The notes below the pieces were generated by a model. The model saw only the letters and a program-made list of their open reading frames with translations. It did not search any database and was not told where the DNA came from. Shown in pieces: positions 36,896 through 46,220 of a DNA stretch of 64,000 bases (position 1 is the first letter of the stretch; each line of letters opens with the position of its first letter). The translations under genes and the position numbers were made by a program. The stretch is from an uncultured Clostridia bacterium (lineage in GTDB: Bacteria > Bacillota > Clostridia > TANB77 > CAG-508). The DNA lies in contig CAPXSA010000012.1 in the NCBI GenBank assembly GCA_948735595.1, forward strand, positions 446 through 64,445. Direction: 5' to 3'.

Positions 36896-37489
36896 ATGAC
36901 ACAAAAAGAAGAACAAAAATTAAATAACCTCTATATGCAATGCCTAACAGAACTTTCATCTATAGGAATTGATATGAGCAATAAAGAGTTGGTTGGAACT
37001 GTTGATATAAAGCTAACAACAAGAGCAAGTAAAAGATATGGCTGCTGTAAACAAGAAAATCCAGATAAAAGTTATAAAATAGTAACTAAAAGAGGACGAC
37101 AAAGAATAATAAAATATGAAAAGTTTCAAAATCATCATATTGAAATTAGTAATTGGGTTATGAAATTAAACGATGATATCATCAAAAATACAATTATGCA
37201 TGAACTAATACACTGCATTCCTTTTTGCAATAATCATGGTAGTGAGTTTAAAAAATATGCTAATTATATTAATCAAAGATTGGGATATCACATTACAACA
37301 AAAGGAAATATTGAAGAAGACTATAAAGCAAGTAAACTAGATTACCATGAAGAAGAAAACTATAAATATAAAATTATGTGCAAAAACTGCGGGCAAGTTA
37401 TTTATCGTAAAAGGTTTAATCCTAATTTAATAAAAAGATATCGTTGTGGAAAATGCAAAGGAAAGCTAGAATTAGTAGAGATAAAATAG
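36896..37489 (+). CDS. SprT-like zinc metalloprotease with C-terminal zinc ribbon
   Basis: IMHELIHCIPFCNNHGSEFKKY (HExxH plus downstream His). CKNCGQ...RCGKCKG. 18-nt gap after the helicase gene. Confidence 0.75.
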   Translation: MTQKEEQKLNNLYMQCLTELSSIGIDMSNKELVGTVDIKLTTRASKRYGCCKQENPDKSYKIVTKRGRQRIIKYEKFQNHHIEISNWVMKLNDDIIKNTIMHELIHCIPFCNNHGSEFKKYANYINQRLGYHITTKGNIEEDYKASKLDYHEEENYKYKIMCKNCGQVIYRKRFNPNLIKRYRCGKCKGKLELVEIK

Positions 37490-37552
37490 GATAATAAAAC
37501 ATTAATTCTATGAATTACTAAAAGATTGTAAAATTAAAAAATAGAACAAGAA

Positions 37553-37593
37553 AAATAGCAAGGGTAGAAGAAAAAATGCTCTTGCTATTTTTG
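37553..37593 (+). terminator. Rho-independent terminator closing the helicase/SprT unit
   Basis: AAATAGCAAG...CTTGCTATTT stem followed by TTT. Confidence 0.6.
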
Positions 37594-37951
37594 AAAAAAA
37601 TTTGGATAAGAATAAGTTTTGAACAAAATTGGATTAAGGTACTTATTTTATCTATTAACATAATTATAGCACTAAAGCAGGGTCGAAGTTTGTAGAAGTT
37701 AGTCGATAGCCCCAAAAAAGTAAAAAGTAATATAAAAAAGACTAAAAAAATTGTCAAAAAAAGTAGAAAATTGACGAAAAAAAACAAGAAAATGCACTAG
37801 AACAAATAAAATTCACCTAAACACTTGCAAAAGCAAAAATAATTCGCTACAATACTATTGTTATTTCAAACAAATTTATTTCAAGAAGTTATTTCAAAAA
37901 TACAAAGTTGTATTCCATAAAAATAATTCTTAGAAAAATCAAAAGGAGAAA

Positions 37952-39493
37952 ATGAAAATGTTATCCATCACAAAAACTATGACCTTGCACGGTTTACAAG
38001 GTTTTTTAATTGACGTGCAAGTAGATGTATCAGCAGGAATGCCAGCATGGGATATAGTAGGACTTCCCGACACTAGTGTAAAAGAAGCAAAAGAAAGGGT
38101 AAGAACTGCTATTAAGAATTCAGGATATGAATTATTTAGTAGAAAAATTGTGGTCAATCTGGCTCCAGCAGATATTAAAAAAGAAGGCCCCATTTTCGAC
38201 TTGCCAATTGCAGTTGGAATATTAATGAGTTTAGACATTATTTATGGCAAAGGCAACGAAGATACTTTACTAATAGGTGAACTATCTTTAAATGGAAATT
38301 TAAATCCAATTGTAGGAGTTTTACCAATTTGCATTGAAGCCAAGAAGTTAGGAATCAAAAGAGTTATCTTACCACAAGCAAATGCAAAAGAGGCATCCAT
38401 TATAGACGGAATTGAAATACTAGGTGCTTATGATTTAACAGAAGTTGTTAATTATTTTAATGGAGATAGCAAAATACAAAGTTATCATACAGATTGGAAA
38501 GAATGTTTAGATAATCGACAAGTAGAAGCGTTAGACTTTGCAGATGTCAAAGGGCAAGAAAATGTCAAAAGAGCAGTAGAAATTGCAGCAGCCGGCCGGC
38601 CATAACATACTTATGATAGGAAGTCCTCGGCTCTGGAAAAACAATGCTTGCAAGAAGAATTCCTTCCATTTTGCCAGATTTAAGCTTTGAAGAGGCTTTA
38701 GAAATCACTAAAATTCATAGTATAGCAGGAAATTTAAAGCCAGAAATTCCTATTATCACAACTAGGCCATTTCGCTGTCCCCATCACACCATTTCAGCCA
38801 CCTCATTAGTTGGAGGAGGAAGAATCCCAAAACCAGGAGAAATTAGTTTATCTCATTATGGTGTTTTATTCTTAGATGAACTCCCAGAATTTAACCAACA
38901 TACCTTAGAAGTTTTAAGAGGTCCCTTAGAAGATGGCATTGTAACTATTAGTAGAGTGAATGCCAGTCTTACTTATCCTTGTGAGTTTATGTTTGTTGCC
39001 TCTATGAATCCATGTCCTTGTGGCTATTATGGATCCTCGGATAAAGAATGCTCTTGTACGCCACAAGCAATTAGCAAATACATGGGAAAAATCAGTCGGC
39101 CCACTATTGGACAGAATTGATATTCAAATAGAAGTAAGTCCCATCAAATATGAAAAATTGGGCAAAGAAGAAAAAACAGAAACCTCACAAGAAATAAAAA
39201 AGAGAGTGAACCAAGCAAGAGAGATTCAAAAACAAAGGTATAAAGAAGAAACAATTTATTCCAATGCAGCACTAACTCCCAAGCTAATAGAAAAGTATTG
39301 TAAATTAGATGCAGAAAGTAAAAAGATATTAGAAATAGCCTTTGAAAAGTTAGGGCTTAGTGCTAGAGCATATGGAAGAATTTTAAAAGTAGCAAGAACA
39401 ATTGCAGATTTAGCAGGCTCACAGCAAATTCAAAAAAATTATATTGCAGAAGCCATACAATATAGAAGCTTAGACAAGAAATATTTTAAGTAG
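37952..39493 (+). pseudogene. comM: ComM/YifB Mg-chelatase-like competence ATPase, interrupted by three +1 frameshifts
   Basis: Three consecutive ORFs in frames 2/1/2. Removing a C at about 38597, 38628 and 39097 restores [25 protein letters not shown] (P-loop) and [16 protein letters not shown]. Confidence 0.85.
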
Positions 39494-39539
39494 TGTCAGA
39501 TTTAGGACATACCTTTATTAAACATGAAAGGAAGCAAAT

Positions 39540-40385
39540 ATGAAAGAAATTAAACGAGAGAATTTAAATTATCCAAAACGACTATTACAAATACAAAATC
39601 CACCAGAAAAACTATATGTAGAAGGAAATGAAAGATTACTAAATCAAGATGCTATAGCTATTGTAGGCACAAGAAATTATACTAAATATGGAGAAAAATG
39701 TGCTAGTAAATTTGCAAGAGAACTATCAAAAAAAGGAATTTGTATTGTAAGTGGTCTAGCAAGAGGAATTGATTCCATTGCTCATATCAATTCTATGGAT
39801 GAAGAGGGAAAAACCATAGCAGTATTAGGAAGCGGATTTGACCATATTTATCCAAAAGAAAATCGATATTTATATCAAAAGATTATAGAAAATGGAGGAT
39901 GTATTGTTTCAGAATATCCACCAGAAACACCAATAGACAAAGCAAAATTCCCCAAAAGAAACAGAATCGTTAGTGGTCTAGCTATGGGGGTATTAGTGAT
40001 AGAAGCAAGATATAGAAGTGGTACATCCATTACAGCTAAACATGCTATTAGTCAGCACAAAGAAGTTTTTTGTGTGCCACATCCACTAGACATACCAACA
40101 GGGTATATACCAAATTTACTCATTCAACAAGGAGCACAGATTGTTACCTCAGGAAGTGACATTTTACAGTATTACAACGAAGGTGAAGAATATCAAACGC
40201 AAGAGGTACAACAAGAATATCAAGAGATTTATAATTTAATTGGTCAACTGCCAATTTCATCCAACAATATTGCTAGGATGCTAAATATAGAAATAGCAAA
40301 AGTAACAGAAGCCCTATTTATGCTTGAATTAGATGGATTTATCAAACAATTGCCAGGCAATGTATATATTAGAAATTATAAATAA
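39540..40385 (+). CDS. dprA: DNA-processing protein A (Smf)
   Basis: IAIVGTRNYTKYGEKCA...IVSGLARGIDSIAH...GSGFDHIYPKEN...RNRIVSGL. Confidence 0.9.
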   Translation: MKEIKRENLNYPKRLLQIQNPPEKLYVEGNERLLNQDAIAIVGTRNYTKYGEKCASKFARELSKKGICIVSGLARGIDSIAHINSMDEEGKTIAVLGSGFDHIYPKENRYLYQKIIENGGCIVSEYPPETPIDKAKFPKRNRIVSGLAMGVLVIEARYRSGTSITAKHAISQHKEVFCVPHPLDIPTGYIPNLLIQQGAQIVTSGSDILQYYNEGEEYQTQEVQQEYQEIYNLIGQLPISSNNIARMLNIEIAKVTEALFMLELDGFIKQLPGNVYIRNYK

Positions 40386-40400
40386 AAAGGGAGAAGAGTC

Positions 40401-40754
40401 ATGTATACAAGACACGAATTAGGAAAAGAGGGAGAAGAAGAGGCAACAAAGTATTTAAAAAGGCAAGGCTATAAAATCATACAAAGAAACTTTGAATGTA
40501 AGCAAGGAGAAATTGACATTATTGCAAAAGACAAAAATGAATATGTATTCATTGAAGTCAAAACACGACAAAATAGGCATTATGGTATGCCATGTGAAGC
40601 AGTTGATGCAAGAAAACAAAAGCATATTTGGAATGCCACAAAATATTATTTATATATTCATAAATTAGAAAATCAATATGTTCGATTTGATGTCATAGAA
40701 GTATATAAGAAAAAAGGTAGAGTATATGTACATCAAATCAAACAAATTATATAG
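40401..40754 (+). CDS. yraN: YraN-family (UPF0102) endonuclease-like protein
   Basis: LGKEGEEEATKYLKRQGYKIIQRNFECKQGEIDIIAKD...FIEVKTR. Confidence 0.85.
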   Translation: MYTRHELGKEGEEEATKYLKRQGYKIIQRNFECKQGEIDIIAKDKNEYVFIEVKTRQNRHYGMPCEAVDARKQKHIWNATKYYLYIHKLENQYVRFDVIEVYKKKGRVYVHQIKQII

Positions 40755-40755
40755 C

Positions 40756-40947
40756 TTACTTTTCTTCTTCTGTATCCTCCCTATTAGCCATAGCATATTC
40801 AATACAATTTAAAATAAGAGTATTCATAGAAATATTGTGTTTATTAGAATAAAGGGATATTTCATTATGCAATGTTTCAGGAAGTCTTAAAGTAAACTTT
40901 ATATCAACATTTTTAAAATTTTCTGGTTTAAATTTTTCTAAACTCAT
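40756..40947 (-). CDS. Ribbon-helix-helix (Arc/CopG-like) DNA-binding protein
   Basis: ...FTLRLPETLHNEISLYSNKHNISMNTLILNCIEYAM. Paralog of the 55-aa ORF at 57076-57243. Confidence 0.65.
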   Translation of the reverse strand: MSLEKFKPENFKNVDIKFTLRLPETLHNEISLYSNKHNISMNTLILNCIEYAMANREDTEEEK

Positions 40948-41068
40948 ATTATCACCTATTTATTATGATAACCAGTTTTGACTTTTATTGACACCGTTAA
41001 AAAATGACATTGACATATGACATCACATATGGTAATATAAATGCAAATAAAATAAAGGAGGGGAAATA

Positions 41069-41740
41069 ATGGAACAAGAAAAGAAAAAATCAAACACAAA
41101 ACTAATTGTACTAATTATTATTGCTATAGTAATTGTTTTAGTAATAGGAGGAATTTTATTTACTAGAGCCGATAAAACTTCAGCACCAGAAATAGTAAAT
41201 ACAAGTGATTCTCAAACAGAGAAAATTACAGATACAAGTACTGAAAACGAAACAGTTACAAATAGTGAACCAGACACTGAAGTAGAAGAAAAAAAGGAAA
41301 CCAAAAAGATAAAGAAAGGTCAAAAAATAAAAACAGAAGATTATGAATTTACATTAGATAAAGTAGAGTTTTCTTATGAAGTACTGCCAGAAAATACAAG
41401 CAGTGTTTATAGTAGTTATCCAGCAGATAAGGGGAAAGTATATATTGACATTAACGGACGTATCAAAAACTTAATGAAACGTGATATTAGAATATCAGAA
41501 TTGTTTGAGGCATCGGCAATTTATGATAACAATTATACTTATAATGGATTTGTTATTGTAAATGATGACAACCGATTTAATTGGGCATCTTCTTATACCG
41601 CAGCTACGCCTCTTGAAACAGTGAGAGTACATGCATTAATTGAATGTCCAAAAGAAGTTGCTGAAAATAAAAAGAAACCTATTTCTGTATTTTTAGAAGT
41701 ATCTGATGGAACAATCTACCAATACGATATTAGAAAATAG
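41069..41740 (+). CDS. Membrane-anchored DUF4352-like extracellular protein
   Basis: N-terminal TM LIVLIIIAIVIVLVIGGILF, Thr/Glu-rich linker, then KGQKIKTEDYEFTLDKVEF...VYIDINGRIKN. Confidence 0.55.
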   Translation: MEQEKKKSNTKLIVLIIIAIVIVLVIGGILFTRADKTSAPEIVNTSDSQTEKITDTSTENETVTNSEPDTEVEEKKETKKIKKGQKIKTEDYEFTLDKVEFSYEVLPENTSSVYSSYPADKGKVYIDINGRIKNLMKRDIRISELFEASAIYDNNYTYNGFVIVNDDNRFNWASSYTAATPLETVRVHALIECPKEVAENKKKPISVFLEVSDGTIYQYDIRK

Positions 41741-41800
41741 AAGGAAGAATATGTTTTGTAGTAAAACCATATAAACATATTAAAAGAGGAGAAGTGAAGA

Positions 41801-42445
41801 ATGAAAAAGTCAAAGATTATAATACCAATTATTATAGCAGTGTTAGCAATAGGAATAATAGCAATTGTAGCTATTATGGGAAACAATAAACCACAACAAT
41901 TGCAAACTGGTGCAAAAGGGGATAATACAAAAACACAGGAACAAGAAGAAAAGAAAGCAAAAGAAGTTAGTTTAGGAAAGACAATAGAACTTAGTTTTAT
42001 TAAAATGTCACTGGATAAAATAGAAGTAAAACCAGAATACAAATTTTCATACAAAGAAAAAACATCATGGGGAAGTACAACACATAGTTCAAGCATTACT
42101 TGCAAAAGTGGAATGAAATTAGTATGCTTGAAAGGAAAGCTTACTAATTTAAGTAAAGAAGGAGTTTATACAAGCAATGATTTTGTAAAAGGTGAGATTG
42201 TAATAAATGGAAACAAATATAAAACAAGATTAGAATGTGTAAATGAAAGTAAGGCAGAGAAATATTATGAACTTGTTGCACAACAATCTTCTAACTACTA
42301 TTTATATGCAGAAGTGCCAGAGAAAGTAGCAAATGAATTAAAATCTTGCACAGTAAATTTCGGATTTGTAGAGAATTTAGAAAGTAAATATATTTCAGAT
42401 TTATCAGAATTAGATTATTTGTATACTTTAACATATAGCAAATAA
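41801..42445 (+). CDS. Membrane-anchored DUF4352-like extracellular protein (paralog)
   Basis: Same architecture as 41069-41740. Confidence 0.55.
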   Translation: MKKSKIIIPIIIAVLAIGIIAIVAIMGNNKPQQLQTGAKGDNTKTQEQEEKKAKEVSLGKTIELSFIKMSLDKIEVKPEYKFSYKEKTSWGSTTHSSSITCKSGMKLVCLKGKLTNLSKEGVYTSNDFVKGEIVINGNKYKTRLECVNESKAEKYYELVAQQSSNYYLYAEVPEKVANELKSCTVNFGFVENLESKYISDLSELDYLYTLTYSK

Positions 42446-42651
42446 TTTAGAGATTGATAACATAAACCAAAAATACCTTATATTTCAATAGGGTATTTTT
42501 CTTTTGAAATAAGAAGATTTAGTAAAAATATAAAAATGATTCGACAGAACAAACTAAAAATATTGACTAAATAGTAAAAAGATAGTTAAATATAGGAAGA
42601 ATAAATAATTTGTAAAAATTAAATATAATTAATAAAGAAAGGAGGAAAAAC

Positions 42652-43332
42652 ATGAGATATCAACTAACTTTTCAATTAAATACAGAAGAATTTCCACTAG
42701 ATTATAGAAGAACCATCATGAGTTATATCAAAAATGCCTTATCAAAATATGACGAAACAACATATCAAAAATATTACCACGAAAAAGATCCCATCATGAA
42801 ACCATTTACTTTTTCTGTTTATTTCAATAGTCCAATATTCAAAGATGAAACTATTTTTGTCAAAGATAAAATGATGAAACTCAATCTTTCTATTCAAGAT
42901 TATAATCTAGCAATTACGCTTTATAACAGTGTAAATCACCAAAGAAATATACCATTTCCCATTACGAATAACGTAATAATTTTAAAAAACATTACTATGA
43001 TGCCAGAAGATGAAATTACAACAAATCAAATCACCATTAAATTTATGTCGCCACTTGTTGTACGTGAAAGAAAAGACAAAAAAGACTGGTACTACTCATA
43101 TAGTGAAGATAATAAATTCAAGGAAATTTTAAAGCAAAACTTAAAAGAGCAATTATCTATTAGCCAAATTCCACTAACTACATTAGAAGATTTTGAAATA
43201 AAAGCGGTACAACCCAAAAAAACTATCATTCAATTTTATGAAAAGAAAATCGAAACATCTGTAGGAACCTATATTCTAAAAGGAGATAAAGAGTTGCTCC
43301 GATTTATCTACCAATGTGGTATGCGGAAGTAA
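42652..43332 (+). CDS. cas6: Cas6 endoribonuclease; the ORF ends prematurely and the C-terminal glycine-rich loop is encoded in the +1 frame up to 43372
   Basis: First gene of the cas operon, typical Cas6 length. The +1 frame from 43325 reads GSKHSAGFGMFSIIK*, ending just before the cas8b RBS. Confidence 0.8.
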   Translation: MRYQLTFQLNTEEFPLDYRRTIMSYIKNALSKYDETTYQKYYHEKDPIMKPFTFSVYFNSPIFKDETIFVKDKMMKLNLSIQDYNLAITLYNSVNHQRNIPFPITNNVIILKNITMMPEDEITTNQITIKFMSPLVVRERKDKKDWYYSYSEDNKFKEILKQNLKEQLSISQIPLTTLEDFEIKAVQPKKTIIQFYEKKIETSVGTYILKGDKELLRFIYQCGMRK

Positions 43333-43384
43333 GCATTCAGCAGGATTTGGGATGTTTTCTATTATAAAGTAAAGGAGGTGCCAA

Positions 43385-45250
43385 ATGAAGAAAAAAATAT
43401 ACCTAAATGATTGGACTATCAATAGTGGTATCATTGGTTTTTTGAACATTTTAAAAGAAGCAGGAAAAGACATTGACTCTATGATGAAAGAAAACTACAT
43501 TGAATTTGATACAGAAATTTTAGAAACATTTTCACAAGACTATTTTTCCTACTTTTTCAAAAAATATGATGTAGCAAAAAGAACTAGAAAAAAAGTAATC
43601 GATACCTATTATACAACCATCGAAAATGCCATTAACAATATGGCACTAGAACCAGAAACAAAAGAAGAAAAAGAAAAAAACAAAAAATCTCAAGACACTA
43701 TAAAAAGATTAACAAAATATATCAAAGAAACTATTAAAACGCAAAAAGATAAAATCAAAAAATTCAACGAAGACAGTTACCAAGTAATAGACGAAGAATA
43801 TAGTAAAATCAAGGAACCAAAAACGAAGGAAGAACTACAAGAACTATCCAACATATTAAATAAAATCATACAAGAAATCGAAAAAGAAGAAAATAATTCA
43901 AGAATCACATTAAATTATTTTAAAAATATTTTAAGTAGTAACTATTTCGGACAACCATCTTTTATGAATGTGGTAAAAAGTAGTTGTACCATACCAGAGC
44001 AACAAGAATTAATGCAAAAAGATTATGTGAGTAATATTATAGAAAATGCCTTTTTACAGGAAGTTTTAGAAGGCAAACACACTACCAATCAGATACAAGC
44101 ACACATTCAAAAGACTACGAACATTACTAAAGAAATAGAAGCAATTTATAACAATATCCAAAAACAAATAGAAAGACAAAAGTCATTAGAAGAAATCCAA
44201 AAATATATCAAAACAAAAATGAATTACTGCTTAGTATGTGAAGCAAAAGAAAGTATCACAGAAAACTATACAGAAAGCAATTTCATTCCACTAGCAGTTA
44301 GTAGTGAAAATATGGCTAACTTTTTCTGGAATCAAAAACCACAAGTGCCAGTTTGCAGTTTATGCAAATTAATGATGTTTTGCATTCCAGCAGGGGTAAC
44401 ACTCATTTCCAAAATAGAAAAAGACAGTAATATGAAGTATAAAGAAACAGAACTATATAGTTTTATTAACTATGATACGAGCGTCAGAAAATTATTAAAA
44501 ACCAATCGAAGTCTTAGTGATAACTCCAAAAAAGAAAAGGGAAAAATAAATCCTTATGTAGACTCTATTTTAGACATTATTGATAACAAAGAAGAAACTG
44601 CTAGATGGCAATTAGATAATGTTTTTGTTGTAGAATTTGAAACAGAATATTTAGGATATAGTAGAATGCAATATTTTCATATATTGCCCAATGTTGCTAA
44701 ATTCTTAACAGGTAAATATGTAAATATATTACAGGCAATATCAGACTATCACTTTAGGCTACAATTAACAGATATGATGCTGAAAAATGAAGATACTGCT
44801 TTAGTCATCAATAATAGGTTAAGAGAAAACTTTAATGATGCTAAAGTAAAACAAGCATTTAATTGTTATTTAGCAACTAAAGTACGTTTTGATTTAAGTA
44901 TGTTAAAAAAGGAGGGAAACAGAATGGAAGAAGAGATTCAAAAAGGAAATAAGAAAATTTATGCATTATATAATATTGGACAAGACATTAGAAAAACATT
45001 GAAAAACAAGAAAGAAGAAAATAAGCTAGATAGCTATGTTTATAGAATGATAAACAGTATCAAAGCGAATAATAAAAAGGAATTTATGGATGTAGTAATT
45101 CGTTTGCATTTATATATGGCAAAAGACGTATCGCCAATTTTCCTAGAAGTAATGCAAGATGGAAATTTAGATTTTGCTACAATAGGACATAGTTTTTTAT
45201 CAGGTTTAATATCTGATGAATATCACAAGGAAGAAAAAGTAGAAGAATAA
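43385..45250 (+). CDS. cas8b: Cas8b/Cst1 large subunit (CXXC-CXXC type)
   Basis: CLVCEAKES...VCSLCKLMMFC. 621 aa. Positioned between cas6 and cas7. Confidence 0.8.
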   Translation: MKKKIYLNDWTINSGIIGFLNILKEAGKDIDSMMKENYIEFDTEILETFSQDYFSYFFKKYDVAKRTRKKVIDTYYTTIENAINNMALEPETKEEKEKNKKSQDTIKRLTKYIKETIKTQKDKIKKFNEDSYQVIDEEYSKIKEPKTKEELQELSNILNKIIQEIEKEENNSRITLNYFKNILSSNYFGQPSFMNVVKSSCTIPEQQELMQKDYVSNIIENAFLQEVLEGKHTTNQIQAHIQKTTNITKEIEAIYNNIQKQIERQKSLEEIQKYIKTKMNYCLVCEAKESITENYTESNFIPLAVSSENMANFFWNQKPQVPVCSLCKLMMFCIPAGVTLISKIEKDSNMKYKETELYSFINYDTSVRKLLKTNRSLSDNSKKEKGKINPYVDSILDIIDNKEETARWQLDNVFVVEFETEYLGYSRMQYFHILPNVAKFLTGKYVNILQAISDYHFRLQLTDMMLKNEDTALVINNRLRENFNDAKVKQAFNCYLATKVRFDLSMLKKEGNRMEEEIQKGNKKIYALYNIGQDIRKTLKNKKEENKLDSYVYRMINSIKANNKKEFMDVVIRLHLYMAKDVSPIFLEVMQDGNLDFATIGHSFLSGLISDEYHKEEKVEE

Positions 45251-45300
45251 AGAGGAAAGGAGCAAGAGGATTCTACAAAAAAGAATTCTCAAAAGAAAGT

Positions 45301-46203
45301 ATGAACGGATTAACAATAACAATGATTTTTAAAGCACAAAGCTTAAATTATGGAGAAGGAATAGGTAATATTTCAGAACTAAAAAAACTATCAAGAGGAG
45401 ATGGCAATGTATATACATTTGCTTCAAGACAAGCACTACGTTATGATATAGCAAGATTAGGTCATCAAATGTTTAACTGGAATTTAGAAGTAGTAGACAA
45501 ATCAAAAGGGACAGTACAATTTTCAGATAAATACAGTATCAAAGATTCAGAAGAAATGGACCTTTTTGGGTACATGAAAACTTCTAAAAAATCAGAAGAC
45601 ACAGATGGAGGGTCAGATATCAGAAGTGCAGCAGTTAGAATTAGTAATGCCATTTCATTAGAAAGCTATAGAAGTGATTTAGAATTTTTAAGCAATAAAG
45701 GATTAGCAGATAGGATTAATGAGTTCCCTAATTTAGCAAATTTAGAGCAACACTTAAGCTTTTATACCTATACCATTACAATCGATTTAGACAAAATTGG
45801 AAAAGATGGAAATATTGAATTAAGTCAAGAAGAAAAAGCAAAAAGAGTAACAGAGTTGTTAGAAATTATTAAGGTATTAAATAGAGAAATTAAAGGAAGA
45901 CAAGAAAATTTAAGCCCATTATTTGCCATTGGTGGAGTTTATCCAATCAATACACCATTCTATTTAGGAAGAGTAGAATTAGAAGGAAAAGATGGCCAAT
46001 TTAGAGTAAAATTAGATACATTAAAACAAACAGGAGAGTTAAAAGTAGGAGGAAATTCAATTGAAGGAAATACAATGGTAGGGCTAGTAGATGGAGTTTT
46101 CTCTAACAAAGAAGAAATTAACCAAGTTTATGAGGGAAAAACTTATCATATACAAGAATTTTTCGAAAATTTAGAAAATAAGGTACATGAATATTATCAA
46201 TAA
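45301..46203 (+). CDS. cas7: Cas7 (Cst2/DevR family) backbone subunit
   Basis: N-terminus LTITMIFKAQSLNYGEGIGNISELKKL...FASRQALRYDI. Confidence 0.85.
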   Translation: MNGLTITMIFKAQSLNYGEGIGNISELKKLSRGDGNVYTFASRQALRYDIARLGHQMFNWNLEVVDKSKGTVQFSDKYSIKDSEEMDLFGYMKTSKKSEDTDGGSDIRSAAVRISNAISLESYRSDLEFLSNKGLADRINEFPNLANLEQHLSFYTYTITIDLDKIGKDGNIELSQEEKAKRVTELLEIIKVLNREIKGRQENLSPLFAIGGVYPINTPFYLGRVELEGKDGQFRVKLDTLKQTGELKVGGNSIEGNTMVGLVDGVFSNKEEINQVYEGKTYHIQEFFENLENKVHEYYQ

Positions 46204-46220
46204 AAAAAGGAGGATGTGGT

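Noticed and set aside
37518-38238. Minus-strand ORFs 37518-37787 and 37939-38238
   Set aside because: The first covers a terminator and an AT-rich intergenic spacer. The second is antisense to the well-conserved comM N-terminus.
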